Positions 22,001 through 34,823 are shown, numbered from the stretch's first letter. The stretch is 42,038 bases of DNA from Psammoneis japonica (GCA_008632985.1 QPGO01000020.1:744001-786038); one strand, 5' to 3'. Notes: generated by a model from the letters alone, not told the origin. Translations and numbers: made by a program.

Positions 22001-23330
22001 ACAAAGAAAGAGAGTGTGCCAATTCATTCATTCATTCATTCAAGAGAGAGAGAGAGAGAGAGAGAAAGAAAGAAAGAAAGAGAGAGAGACAGTGTGGTGA
22101 CTTGACATCAAATTAAATCAGTCAACTCAAATCGCCTGTCCCTTGCCCCTCTGATTGTTCCAACACAAAAGCTCACCACACATCAACAACAGCAGCCAGC
22201 CACTGATGAAGCCACTGCAAAAATCTCATTTTCTTGACTTCGGCCAATGTTGTTGTGCCTGCTGTTTGCTGAAACAGCTGGACATGTTGTGCCCAATCAA
22301 GCAGCTTCACCTCAGCTGCCAACGCCATTTGTTTGTCACATTTGATGGAAATTTTGATCATTTGTTCAAGAGAGAGAGAGAGAGAGAGAGCTCTTGGACA
22401 AAGTTTGTGTCACAGTCGACAGAAAATTGGTTGTGCTGATTTTGTCAGAGGAGAGCCCTGTCATCTCACACATCTGCTGTCTTGGTGGCGCCAAAAATGC
22501 TGTGACGGCAGGACCCATGGGGACTGAATTGACAAAGGCCACCAGGAGCTTTGGATGCACAAGTGTGACTTGGGAAACCATGTCTCAAAACTTGGGCTGT
22601 TTCTGCATGAAAAGCACCAATTTGAGCAAGAGCGCAGCAATGTCGTCGATGCGCTCCAGCTCCAGGTGGGACCTCGCACTGCTGAACTGTGACATGGTTG
22701 TTTTTTCATCATCCGTCACATGTTTCGCAAGTGCATTTCTGCATGTTCCATCACAAAAATTTGTTCCACACTGCCTGTTTTGTGAAGCCAAAGGCTTTCT
22801 GTTGTCTGCATTTGTGACAACAAAAATGCGCTGGGCATGTTCTTTGGTGTCTGAAAAACACACCCGGGCATGCTGCAAAGAATGTGCTTCAAGTGTGGAG
22901 GAGGAGATGCATTCGCAAAATTGCCTCTTTTTCTGTTGGCGATCATTCACATGTTCATTGCTCAACAATTTTGCAGCTGAGCTCACACGTGGAATTCCAC
23001 GGGCCCAATGTCACACGGAGTCCCACCTGGGGCTGGAACGCATCGTTGTGGCAACAATCTCACCATTCCTCGTAAGACTCAAAAAATGCCAAGCCAAACT
23101 TGCACAAAAAAATCCCGCATGTGCATCGCACTCAAAGTTGACTGTGGGGCTCGATGCAAGGATTTCAACCCTGCTCAAGTTCGTTCATCCAAGTGAACAT
23201 GTCAGGAGTGTCTCTGTCCTCAACACCCTCCACAGAGAGACCAAGGTTGACATTCTTGCCCTCGCACACCACATGCGAACAATGCCTGATCATGTGACGT
23301 TTGATGCCTGAGCATTCTTGCATGTGCCTC
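19040..23330. other. TpA-depleted relic/repeat island 2 (element identity not recognised)
   Basis: Only a handful of TA in 4.3 kb (TTAA at about 19141, 20746, 22113; TTAC at about 20312); Tyr-free spurious ORFs; G19 run at 19487-19505. Confidence 0.88.
22022..22390. repeat. Microsatellites: (TTCA)n-(GA)n-(GAAA)n at 22022-22090 and (GA)n at 22368-22390
   Basis: Directly visible simple repeats; both GA runs follow TTCAA. Confidence 0.9.
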
Positions 23331-24027
23331 ATTTATCAGCACATTTCAAGTGACATCCGTTACAGCCACTAGGAAATGGTGATGGCGCGCAGGAAAATAG
23401 TGCTGACGCAGGAAGTCACGATTGGAGTGCGCCACTCCGACAACGAGGAAAGCCAAGCCGACCATCCGGGATTGGTATATCTTCAAAAACAGTCATTGTT
23501 ACTTTGAATAACACTTGACATTCAACGGAGGGTCCATCACACGACTCGAAATAAAAATTAAAAATTCAATTGAATGTGAAAGCTTGTGGATGTGATAGCG
23601 CGATCAAATGATAGACTTTCAAACATATATATACTTTTAATTATATTCATACTCAAGTATTAGCCAACATTGACAAAAAAACCTAAATACCTTTATAGGG
23701 TTTATTTATTTATTTTCCATGACACAAACCACACGTTTGCGATGCTAACTCATTTTAGTATCGAGAAAAAAATTCATCATCATGAAACCGGGTTCAAAAA
23801 AACTCGGCAACAAGACCCGCTCACATTTTTGCTAACCAAAGAACTTTCCTTCGTATTACTCTACGTGAACCCGATGTGGCGGCGCACCTCAGCGTTCCAT
23901 ATCTCGGGATTGGTAAAGATCAAAAACACTCACATTTTCCTCGCAACAGCTCAGCGACCCAAAAGAACATCGTGATAAGGTCCTTCTCGAGCCTTGTGTT
24001 AGTGATTAGTGACTTGAAAGAGAAACG

Positions 24028-27000
24028 ATGCGGATTGCAGCTGTGCTGCTCCTGATATCTGTAGCACCGCACGCGGCTGCAGATGAACGCTTCTACAGTA
24101 AAATCCTTCGTCGTGCCTCTGAGATTCTGGGAAGCCCAAAAGGATTTCATCTCCGTAAGGGAGATAGAGAGCTCCTGATTGACACCACAACCTGTGCGCC
24201 GACGAAATCTCCCGGCCTTATCTTCAGGTTCCCAACTCCCTCTCCAACTACGCCTGAACCGGTTGAGACTCTGTCGCCAACAGCTGGTCCTACTCCATCA
24301 CCGACCCCAAGTCCAACCGAAAGACTTGAATGTATTGCTGAAGTAAGTACTCGCTGATTATTGACAGTTCTACGTGCACCCCTAACTTATCCATGTTCTC
24401 GTTGTTCCATGTTCAGGCTACCATCAGCTGTACACTCACGGACGATACCTCGGTCGACTGCGATAACATTGCTCAACCGGATGGCCAGTGCTTCACCGGT
24501 GCCCCTGTGACCGACCTAACCTTTGTGTACCAGCCAACCGCCTGCAGTGCTTCAAAGCAATCCCAGGGCAGCGAATTTTCTTGCTCTGGCGATACTCCTT
24601 CAAGTGACGTGGACATTAGTTGCATTGATGAAAATGGCAATAGCTTTGCGAGTGAGTCTGGTGTGATGCCTGGAAATGCTGTTTCAATCTCCGGGGGTTC
24701 ATCTGCACTCCCCACAGTCATGAATTGTACGGTAGGAGGCCAAACGATTACATTCAATGCTGCTGGAACAGCCCCACTGCGCCTCAACGATGAGCTTGCC
24801 AGTTTACATCTGAAGGGCTGTGACGTTGGAGGCGCATCCAAAGACTGCCTTACCAGCATTTCAGTTACCTACTTTGTCGAGAATACGGGGTCTACGCCCA
24901 TCAGAGTGGTCACGTTGGACGAAACTAGGGATGGGAACAGCACCAGCCTTGTCGGCCAGTTTCTTCCCAACCCTCTATCGACAGGGCAGAAAGGTAATGT
25001 TTCCAACACGGAAACCATCGACGTGTGCGTCGCGTCAACCTATAGGACGGAAATTGTGGCTGAGGCGCTACCTCTCCCTACTGGCGAACTTTGCGAGGAT
25101 ACTGCGGTATACGAGTTTGTCACAAACCCGTTGGCCACACCACCACCAACACCTGTTCCTACTCCTTCGCCGACGCCGGGGCCGACACCCACTCCAACCG
25201 CGGGAGAACCTATTGTGACACTCAGCCCAACTACTTCGCCGACGCCACCTCCAAGTCCGGAGCCAACAACACAGACGCCACCACCGTCTTCGTCCCCAAC
25301 GCCAGCTCCGACATCACCTGTTCCCACGCCTGTGCCTACACCTTCCCCGACACTCAGCCCAACTACATCCCCAACGCCACCGCCGAGTCCGGAGCCAACA
25401 GCCCAGACGCCAACACCGTCTACATCCCCAACGCCACCTCCGACACCCGCACCGTCGGCGCCAGATCCAGTTATTACCGTATCCCCTACATCCAATCCGA
25501 CGCCGCCTCCTACACCCAGTCCGACGCCGCCTCCGACATCTGCACCGACTCCGCCTCCGACACCCGCACCGTCGGCGCCAGATCCAGTTATTACCGTATC
25601 CCCTACATCCAGTCCGACACCGCCTCCTACACCCAGTCCGACGCCGCCTACTACTCCCAGTCCGACGCCGCCCACGACATCTGCACCGACTCCGCCTCCG
25701 ACACCCGCACCGTCGGCGCCAGATCCAGTTATTACCGTATCCCCTACATCCAGTCCGACACCGCCTCCTACACCCAGTCCGACGCCGCCTACTACTCCCA
25801 GTCCTCCTCCGACACCCGCCCCGTCTGCACCCGATGAAATTATTACCGTAGGGCCGACTGTTGTTCCTACTCTGGAGCCGACCGTGTCACCAACCGATCA
25901 ACCCGAAACCCCACCACCACAACCGGGTCCGACACCGCCACCAGTGCCGCCTCCGACGCCCGCACCGTCGGCGCCAGATCAAGTTACTACCCCATCCCCT
26001 ACACCCACTCCGACGCCGCCTCCTACACCCACTCCAACGCCGCCTCCGACTCCTGCGCCGTCGGCACCAGATCAGGTTATTACAAGCAGTCCGACGAGGC
26101 AACCGTCGCCGCCTCCGACGCCAACACCTACTCCACCTCCGACTCCTGCGCCGTCGGCACCAGATCAGGTTATTACAAGCAGTCCGACGAGGCAACCGTC
26201 GCCGCCCCCGACGCCCACACCTACACCACCTCCGACTCCTGCGCCGTCGGCACCAGATCAGGTTATTACAAGCAGTCCGACGCGGCAACCGTCGCCGCCC
26301 CCGACGCCCACACCTACTCCACCTCCGACTCCTGCGCCGTCGGCACCAGATCAGGTCATTACAAGCAATCCGACGAGGCAGCCGTCGCCGCCACCGACAC
26401 CCGCTCCGTCGGCACCAGATGCAGTTATTACCGTTGTGCCGACTGTTGTTCCTACTCTGGAGCCAACCTTGTCGCCAACCGATCAACCCGATACCCCACC
26501 GCCTCAACCCCGCCCGACGCTGCCACCCACTACGCCACCTGCACCAATTACCCCTCCTTCACCAACGGCATCTCCAACTGCACCACCCGCACCAATCACT
26601 CCTCCTTCGCCAACGGCATCTCCAACCACGCCACCCGCGCCAATTACCCCTCCTTCGCCAACGGCATCTCCAACTAAGCCTCCTGAACCGATTACTCCCC
26701 CGGCGAAACCCCCAACGAAAGCGCCGACGTTTCCGCCAACAAAATATCCCAAGCCTTCGCCAAAGCCTCCGTCACCTTCTCCGAAGCCTCCGGTAGCTCC
26801 GACTGCCAAACCAGAGCCTCCTGCAACTGCGACTCCAACGAAGTACCCAAAGCCCCCGTCACCTTCGCCAAAGCCTCCGTCACCTTCTCCGAAGCCTCCG
26901 GTAGCTCCGACTGCCAAACCAGAGCCTCCTGCAACTGCGACTCCAACGAAGTACCCAAAGCCCCCGTCACCTTCACCAAAGCCTCCGTCACCTTCTCCGA

Positions 27001-28901
27001 AGCCTCCGGTAGCTCCGACTGCCAAACCAGAACCTCCTGCAACTGCAACTCCAACACAGTACCCAAAGCCCCCGTCACCTTCGCCCAAGCCCCCATCGCC
27101 CTCTCCGAAGCCACCGGCAACTCACGCTCCAACAAAGTACCCAATGCCACCGTCGCCCAAGCCACCGTCACCTTCGCCGAAACCTCAACCACCTTCACCA
27201 CCTCCTCCGGCAACTCTTTCTCCAACACAATCCCCAATGCCACCTTCACCTTCGCCGAAGCCCCCGTCACCTTCGCCGAAACCTCCACCGCCTCCGGCAA
27301 CTCTTTCTCCAACAACTTACCCAATGCCTCCATCACCTTCGCCAAAGCCCCCGTCACCTTTGCCGAAACCTCCGTCGCCTTCTCCGCCGCCTCCTGCAAC
27401 TGCGGCACCTTCTGTGGAGCCACCACCTCCGGCAACTGAGGCTCCAACGAAAGCACCGAAGCCGTCGCCAAAGCCACCGTCACCATCACCGAAGCCGCCG
27501 CCACCGTCGCCAAAGCCGCCATCACCGGGTCCTTGTCCGCCGAAGCCTCCGTCGCCATCTCCGAAGCCGCCATCACCGTCTCCGAAGCCGCCGTCACCGT
27601 CTCCGAAGCCGCCATCGCCCTCTCCGAAGCCGCCGTCGACTTCGCCAAAGCCACCATCACCGTCTCCAAAGCCCCCGTCGCCTTCGCCGAAGCCACCTGC
27701 TACACAATCTCCAACCCTTAAGCCATCGCCAGAGCCATCAAAAGCCCCCACGCCTGCGCCAACATCTGCACCGACGTCTGTTCCTACTTCTTCTCCAACG
27801 CCTTCGCCAACACCTGATCCGACGCCTAAGCCCCCGTCACCGGCGCCTAAGCCTCCGTCCCCTTCGCCAAAGCCTCCAGCGCCGTCGCCAAAGCCACCAG
27901 CAACACCTGCTCCGACACCTAATCCCACTCCTGCTCCGACGCCTGAGCCCACTCCTGCTCCAACGCCTGAGCCCACTCCTGCTCCGACTCCTGAGCCCAC
28001 TCCTGCTCCGACGCCTGAGCCCACTCCTGCTCCGACGCCTGAGCCAACACCAGCTCCCACTCCTGCTCCGACACCCACGCCTACAAAGCCGCCTGCACCT
28101 TCGCCGAAGCCACCGAGCAAGGGAAGCAATGGAGGATCATCCTCAAAGAGCAAGGGAGGTAAGAAAGGTTCATCCTCCTCGAAGAGTAAGGGCGGATCCA
28201 AGGGCGGAAAGAAGGGTTCGTCTTCCTCCAAGAGCAAGGGCGGAAAGAAGGGTGGATCGTCGAAGAGCAAGGGCGGCAAGGGTGGCTCGTCCTCCAAGAG
28301 CAAGGGCGGGTCAGCGCCGTCACCAAAGCCGCCGGCATCACCAGCTCCGACACCCGAGCCCACTCCATCTCCGACGCCTGAGCCAACACCTGAGCCCACT
28401 CCTGCTCCGACGCATGAGCCAACACCAGCTCCCACTCCTGCTCCGACACCCAAGCCTACAAAGCCGCCTGCACCTTCGCCGAAGCCACCGAGCAAGGGGA
28501 GCAAGGGAGGATCATCCTCAAAGAGCAAGGGAGGAAAGAATGGTTCATCCTCCTCGAAGAGCAAGGGCGGAAAGAAGGGTTCGTCCTCCTCCAAGAACAA
28601 GGGCGGAAAGAAGGGATCGTCCTCCTCCAAGGGTAAGGGAGCAAAGAAGGGATCCTCGGGCTCTTCTTCCAAGAGCAAGGGAGTAAAGAAGGGATCCTAC
28701 GGCTCCTCCTCCAAGGACAAGGAAGGAAAGATGGGATTCAAACCTACACCGTCTTCGGGATCTGCTACTTATTCATCTGCCAAGAGCAAGGGTGGACATT
28801 CAAAATCTAGCTTCTCTTCAAGCATCGCGAAGCCTCCGTCTTCGGCATCCAGCAAGGGTGGCAAAGGTGGAAAAATGAGAAGTCGGGTCTTTCATTCCTA
28901 A
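24028..28901 (+). CDS. Secreted Pro/Thr/Ser-rich, silaffin-like protein (~1599 aa); exons 24028-24342 and 24417-28901
   Basis: Signal peptide [18 protein letters not shown]; RxL-type 'DRELL'; phase-0 intron GTAAGT...CCTAAC...TTCAG (24343-24416); Cys-rich domain of about 240 aa; PTP/PSPKP/PTPEP repeats; C-terminal [12 protein letters not shown] repeats ending KMRSRVFHS. Confidence 0.9.
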
Positions 28902-29389
28902 ATGATTTGAACAAGAGAATCCAAGTAGCGAATGCTGTTTGAAAAAAAATCTCGTTTCAGTCTTTCAATGAAATCTAACGAGTCAGAGTTTTTTCTTGAG
29001 CTCAACTCGTACTGACCGTGGTAGATTCGATGCGCGTACGTTGGATTTTGTTGCCCACGGGCATAATTACGAAAGGAGGAAACTGTCACGTTCCTTGTCA
29101 CCTTTCCACAAGATGAATTCGATCTTCGGGGTTTCTATAATACGTGATTTTTAAAGGAATAGCTAAGTGTAATGAAAAAAATCATGAATAATACCTCCAG
29201 TACTTCGAATATGACTTGCGTTCAACGGACGGTCCTCTATCACACGACTCGCAATGGAAATTTAAAAATTCAAATAATGTACACATTGATAAAAGAGGAT
29301 TGACAGTACCCTGAAATTGGGAACGTTAGTTCTGAATACAAACATAAATTTATTTTCCACGACACAAACCACATTTTGCCATCTGAAAA

Positions 29390-30686
29390 AATGGAGGATC
29401 ATCCTCAAAGAGCAAGGGAGGTAAGAAAGGTTCATCCTCCTCGAAGAGTGAGGGCGGATCCAAGGGCAGAAAGAAGGGTTCGTCTTCCTCCAAGAGCAAG
29501 GGCGGAAAGAAGGGTGGATCGTCGAAGAGCAAGGGCGGCAAGGGTGGCTCGTCCTCCAAGAGCAAGGGCGGGTTAGCGCCGTCACCAAAGCCGCCGGCAT
29601 CACCAGCTCCGACACCCGAGCCCACTCCATCTCCGACGCCTGAGCCAACACCTGAGCCCACTCCTGCTCCGACGCATGAGCCAACACCAGCTCTCACTCC
29701 TGCTCCAACACCCAAGCTTGCAAAGCCACCTGCACCTTCGCCTGAGCCACCAAGCAAGGGGAGCAAGGGAGGATCATCCTCAAAGTGCAAGGGAGGAAAG
29801 AAAGGTTCATCCTCCTCGAAGAGCAAGGGCGGAAAGAAGGGTTCGTCCTCCTCCAAAAGCAAAGGTGGAAAGAAGGGTTCGTCCTCCTCCAAGAACAAGG
29901 GCAGAAAAAAGGGATCGTCCTCCTCCAAGGGCAAGGGAGCAAAGAAGGGATCCTCGGGCTCTTCTTCCAAGAGCAAGGGAGCAAAGAAGGGACCCTGCGG
30001 CTCCTCCTCCAAGGACAAGGAAGGAAAGATGGGACTCAAACCTGCACTGTCTTTGGGGTCTGCCACTTGTTCATCTGCCAAGAGCAAGGGTGGACATTCA
30101 AAATCTGGCTTCTCTTCAAGCATCATGAAGCCTCCGTCTTCGGCATCCAGCAAGGGTGGCAAAGGTGGAAAAATGAGAAGTCGGGTCTTTCGTTCCCAAA
30201 TGATTTGAACAAGAGAATCCAAGTGGCGAATGCTGTTTGAAAAAAAATCTCGTTTCAGTCTTTCAATGAAATCCAACGAGTCAGAGTTTTTTCTTGAGCT
30301 CAACTCGCACTGACCATGGTGGACTCGATGCGCGTGCGTTGGATTTTGTTGCCCACGGGCACAATTGCGAAAGGAGGAAACTGTCACGTTCCTTGTCACC
30401 TTTCCACAAGATGAATTCGATCTTCGGGGTTTCTATAACACGTGATTTTTAAAGGAATGGCTAAGTGTAATGAAAAAAATCATGAACAATGCCTCCAGCA
30501 CTTCGAATGTGACTTGCGTTCAACGGACGGTCCTCTGTCACACGACTCGCAATGGAAATTTAAAAATTCAAATAATATACATATTGATAAAAGAGGATTG
30601 ACAGTACCCTGAAATTGGGAACGTTAGTTCTGAATACAAACATAAATTTATTTTCCACGACACAAACCACATTTTGCCATCTGAAA
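29390..30686 (+). pseudogene. Tandem partial duplicate of 28129-29389 (3' coding end, downstream region and next promoter start), hypermutated
   Basis: Colinear high-identity copy starting ATGGAGGATCATCCTC and ending CCATCTGAAAA; one extra 36-bp Lys/Ser/Gly unit; stop TAA changed to CAA; no 5' exon. Confidence 0.93.
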
Positions 30687-30908
30687 ATCGGCAACAAGAC
30701 CCGCTCACATTTTTTGCCAGCCAAAGAACTCACTTCGTTTCACGCCTACGTGAACCTGATGGGGCGGCGCAAATCAGCGTTCCATATCTCGGGATTGGTA
30801 AAGATCACAAACACTCAAACTATCCACGCAAAAGCTCTGTGACCCAATAGCACAACGTGATAAGATCCTCTTCGTCGAGCCTTGTGATAGTAACTTGTGA
30901 AAGAAACG

Positions 30909-33674
30909 ATGCGGATTGCAACTGTGCTAATCCTAATTTATGTAGCACCGCAGGCGGCAGCATATGAACACTTCTACAGTAAAATCCTTCGTCGTGCGTT
31001 TGAGGTTCTAAGAAGCCCAAAAGGATTTCATCTCCGTAAGGGAGATAGAGAGCTCCTGATTGACACCACAACCTGTGCGCCGACGAAATCCCCCGGCCTT
31101 GTCTTCAGGTGGCCAACTCCCTCTCCAACTACGCCTGAACCGGTTGAGACTCTGTCGCCTACAGCTGGTCCTACTCCTTCACCCACGCCTGTGCCAACAC
31201 CTTCCCCGACACTCAGCCCGACTACATCGCCAACACCACCGCCGAGTCCGGAGCCCACAGTCCAGACGCCATCACCGTCTACATCCCCAACGCCACCTCC
31301 GACACCCGCACCGTCGGCGCCAGATCCAGTTATTACCATATCCCCTACATCCAATCCGACGCCGCCTCCTACACCCAGTCCGACGCCGCCTCCTACTCCC
31401 AGTCCGACGCCGCCTCCGACATCCGCACCGACTCCGCCTCCGACACCCGCGCCGTCGGCGCCAGATCCAGTTATTACCGTAGTCCCAACAGTGTCACCAA
31501 CCGATCAAGTGCCGCCTCCGACGCCCACACCTACTCCACCTCCGACTCCTGCGCCGTCGGCACCAGATCAGGTTATTACAAGCAGTCCGACGAGGCAACC
31601 GTCGCCGCCTCCGACGCCAACACCTACTCCACCTGCGACTCCTGCGCCGTCGGCACCAGATCAGGTTATTACAAGCAGTCCGACGAGGCAACCGTCGCCG
31701 CCCCCGACGCCCACACCTACACCACCTCCGACTCCTGCGCCGTCGGCACCAGATCAGGTCATTACCAGCAGTCCGACGAGGCAACCGTCGCCGCCTCCGA
31801 CGCCAACACCTACCCCACCTCCGACTCCTGCGCCGTCGGCACCAGAACAGGTTATTACAATCAGTCCGACGAGGCAGCCGTCACTGCCCCCCACACCCGC
31901 CCCGTCGGCACCAGATAAAGTTATTACCATTGTACCGACTGTTGTTCCTACTCTGGAGCCAACCGTGTCGCCAACGGCATCTCCAACTACGCCTCCTGAA
32001 CCGATTACTCCTCCGTCAAAACCCCCAACGAAAGCGCCGACGTTTCCGCCAACAAAATATCCCAAGCCTTCCCCAAAGCCTCCGTCACCTTCTCCAAAGC
32101 CTCCGGTAGCTCCCACTGCAAAACCAGAACCTCCTGCAACTGCGGCTCCAACAAAGTACCCAAAGCCCCCGTCACCTTCGCCCAAGCCCCCGTCGCCCTC
32201 TCCGAAGCCACCGGCAACTCATGCTCCAACAAAGTACCCAATGCCACCGTCTCCTTCGCCGAAACCTCCATCACCTTCACCACCTCCTCCGGCAACTCTT
32301 TCTCCAACAAAGTACCCAAGGCCACCATCTCCTTCGCCTAAGCCCCCGTCGCCCTCGCCGAAACCTCCATCGCCTTTGCCACCGCCTCCGGAAACTCTGG
32401 CACCTTCTGTGGAGCCACCACCCCCGGCCACTGACGCTCCAACGAAAGCACCAAGACCGCCATCACCGTCGCCAAAGCCCCCGTCCCCTTCGCCAAAGCC
32501 GCCATCACCGGGTCCTTGTCCGCCCAAGCCCCCATCACCTTCACCAAAACCACCGTCACCGTCTCCGAAGCCGCCGTCGCCTTCGCCGAAGCCACCGTCA
32601 CCGTCTCCAAAGCCCCCGTCGCCTTCGCCGAAGCCACCTGCTACACAAGCTCCAACAATTAAGCCATCACCAGAGCCATCAAAAGCCCCCACGCCTGCGC
32701 CAACATCTGCCCCGACGTCTGTTCCTACTTCTTCTCCAACGCCTTCGCCAACACCTGATTCGACGCCTAAGCCCCCGTCACCGTCTCCAAAGCCCCCGTC
32801 ACCAGCTCCGAAGCCTCCGTCACCTTCGCCGAAGCCACCTGCGCCGTCGCCGAAGCCACCAGCAACACCAGCTCCGACACCAGTCCCAACGCCTGCACCT
32901 TCACCTAAACCTCCAAGCAAGGGCGGATCGTCGAAGAGCAAGGGCGGCAAGGGCGGCTCGTCTTCCAAGAGCAAGGGCGGATCAGCTCCGTCACCAAAGC
33001 CACCGGCATCACCAGCTCCGACACCTGAGCCCACTCCTTCTCCGACACCTGAGCCGACGCCTGAACCATCACCTGAGCCGACTCCTGCTCCGACACCTAA
33101 GCCTACAAAGCCACCTGCACCTTCGCCGAAGCCACCAGGCAAGGGAAGTAAGGGAGGATCATCCTCAAAGAGCAAGGGAGGAAAGAAAAGTTCATCCTCC
33201 TTGAAGAGCAAGGGCAGATCAAAGGGCGGAAAGAAGGGTTCGTCCTCCTCGAAGAGTAAAGGCGGAAAGAAGGGTTCGTCCTCCTCCAAGAGCAAGGGCG
33301 GAAAGAAGGGATCGTCCTCCTCCAGGAGCAAGGGCGGAAAGAAGGAATCGTCCTCCTCCAAGGGTAAGGCAGGAAAGAAGGGATCCTCGAGCTCCTCTTC
33401 GAAAAGCAAGGGAGGAAAGAAGGGATCCTCCGGCTCTTCTTCGAAAAGTAAGGGAGGAAAGAAGGGATCCTCCGGTTCCTCCTCCAAGGGCAAGGGCGGA
33501 AAGAATGGATTAAAACCAAAACCGTCTTCAGGATCTGCTGCTTATTCCTCCGCCAAGAGCAAGGGAGGAAATGTAAAATCCGGCTTCTCTTCAAGCATCG
33601 CAAAGCCTACGTCTTCTACATCCAGCAAGGGTGGTAAAGGTGGTAAAATGCGAAGTCGTGTCTTTCATTCCTAA
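30909..33674 (+). CDS. Paralogue of the silaffin-like protein (~921 aa), intronless and lacking the Cys-rich domain
   Basis: ATG 30909 [18 protein letters not shown]; same N-terminus, repeat classes and KMRSRVFHS end; upstream 30510-30908 is similar to 23505-24027. Confidence 0.9.
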   Translation: MRIATVLILIYVAPQAAAYEHFYSKILRRAFEVLRSPKGFHLRKGDRELLIDTTTCAPTKSPGLVFRWPTPSPTTPEPVETLSPTAGPTPSPTPVPTPSPTLSPTTSPTPPPSPEPTVQTPSPSTSPTPPPTPAPSAPDPVITISPTSNPTPPPTPSPTPPPTPSPTPPPTSAPTPPPTPAPSAPDPVITVVPTVSPTDQVPPPTPTPTPPPTPAPSAPDQVITSSPTRQPSPPPTPTPTPPATPAPSAPDQVITSSPTRQPSPPPTPTPTPPPTPAPSAPDQVITSSPTRQPSPPPTPTPTPPPTPAPSAPEQVITISPTRQPSLPPTPAPSAPDKVITIVPTVVPTLEPTVSPTASPTTPPEPITPPSKPPTKAPTFPPTKYPKPSPKPPSPSPKPPVAPTAKPEPPATAAPTKYPKPPSPSPKPPSPSPKPPATHAPTKYPMPPSPSPKPPSPSPPPPATLSPTKYPRPPSPSPKPPSPSPKPPSPLPPPPETLAPSVEPPPPATDAPTKAPRPPSPSPKPPSPSPKPPSPGPCPPKPPSPSPKPPSPSPKPPSPSPKPPSPSPKPPSPSPKPPATQAPTIKPSPEPSKAPTPAPTSAPTSVPTSSPTPSPTPDSTPKPPSPSPKPPSPAPKPPSPSPKPPAPSPKPPATPAPTPVPTPAPSPKPPSKGGSSKSKGGKGGSSSKSKGGSAPSPKPPASPAPTPEPTPSPTPEPTPEPSPEPTPAPTPKPTKPPAPSPKPPGKGSKGGSSSKSKGGKKSSSSLKSKGRSKGGKKGSSSSKSKGGKKGSSSSKSKGGKKGSSSSRSKGGKKESSSSKGKAGKKGSSSSSSKSKGGKKGSSGSSSKSKGGKKGSSGSSSKGKGGKNGLKPKPSSGSAAYSSAKSKGGNVKSGFSSSIAKPTSSTSSKGGKGGKMRSRVFHS

Positions 33675-34823
33675 TTTATTTGCAAAATAGAATCCAAGAA
33701 GGGAATGCTGCCTGAAGAAAGAATTCATTCTCGTTCAGTCTTTCGGTGAATTCATAACGAAGTCCTGTGCACTGTGGTAGATCCGATGCTCGTACAATGA
33801 GTTGGATTTTGTTTTCCACAGGCATAACTGCGAAAGGAGGAAACTGTCACGTTCCTTGTCACCTTTCCACATGATGAATTCTATCATTAGGTTTTCTATA
33901 TACATAGTACGTGTTTTCTACCGGAATCGCTAAATGTCATCAGTAAGAATTATTTTCAAACACGGCCTTAGCTTTGCTGCTTTTGATGAAGCCGTTTGCT
34001 GGGCGCTTTGAGTGAGCGGCATTTCTAGTTTTCGTATAGTATCCTTGACGGCAAAGCTCCATCAGGTGAAGCGTCTACGTCGCTGGAGAGAGCACCGTAA
34101 TAAGAGACCACCAATTATAGAAAGACTACTACAGACATTTTTTTCGGATCTCGGACAGCAAAGACAGCAACCATTTTCAATCGAGACTCGGCTTCGATTG
34201 TGTCCAACACAACACAGCAAGATTTCTCGGATGGCAAATAGAACATCTTCAAGCGTCTCCTTAATTGTACTAGCGACGAGTGGCTGTGAGTTACCAAGAT
34301 ACTTTGCATGCGGATCCTCCTCTTTAGTTTGGTTTTCCTCGACAGATGCAGTATTCAAATGACCAATCGGATGTCGATTGTCATTGGTGACAGACATTTT
34401 GTGCGGTCGATTCCATATGATGAATCAGTCTCGTGAACTTCTGGAAAGACATTCTCGGCTTCAATACGAAGCTTGGTTTGTATACTCATAATTCCTTTCC
34501 TCCTCTAGAGTAGAGCTAAATCAATGTCAAACTCAATATGCGATATTCACACATCAATCGTGTGCATTACGATCGTGCAAACATATTCGATGAAACTCTG
34601 CGGCGCTCGCCTTGTAGTGCAAGCCACCAATACCTCATGGTCCAGATAGTGTCTTTTCGTTTTTGATTCTCCATTCGATTTGATTCTTGGGATCTTCAAG
34701 TTTGTATCCCACCCGAACGACTCTCCCGCTTGGAGACGGTGGCGTATAGTTGTCAAGGTTATGCTTTTGAGAAATGGTTTGCACATATTTCCACATTCAA
34801 TCAAGAATTTCCAGTCGGCGTAG

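Noticed and set aside
29390..30545. Classical RIP or CpG methylation decay as the sole cause
   Set aside because: Those give C->T/G->A. About ten CpG transitions are present, but the dominant change is A->G/T->C at TpA.
25040..33603. Long Gly/Val/Glu-rich antisense ORFs and Arg-rich alternative-frame ORFs
   Set aside because: Shadows of the Pro-rich repeats on the coding strand.
34062..34397. 111-aa minus-strand ORF
   Set aside because: Has an ATG but no recognisable family features; insufficient evidence.
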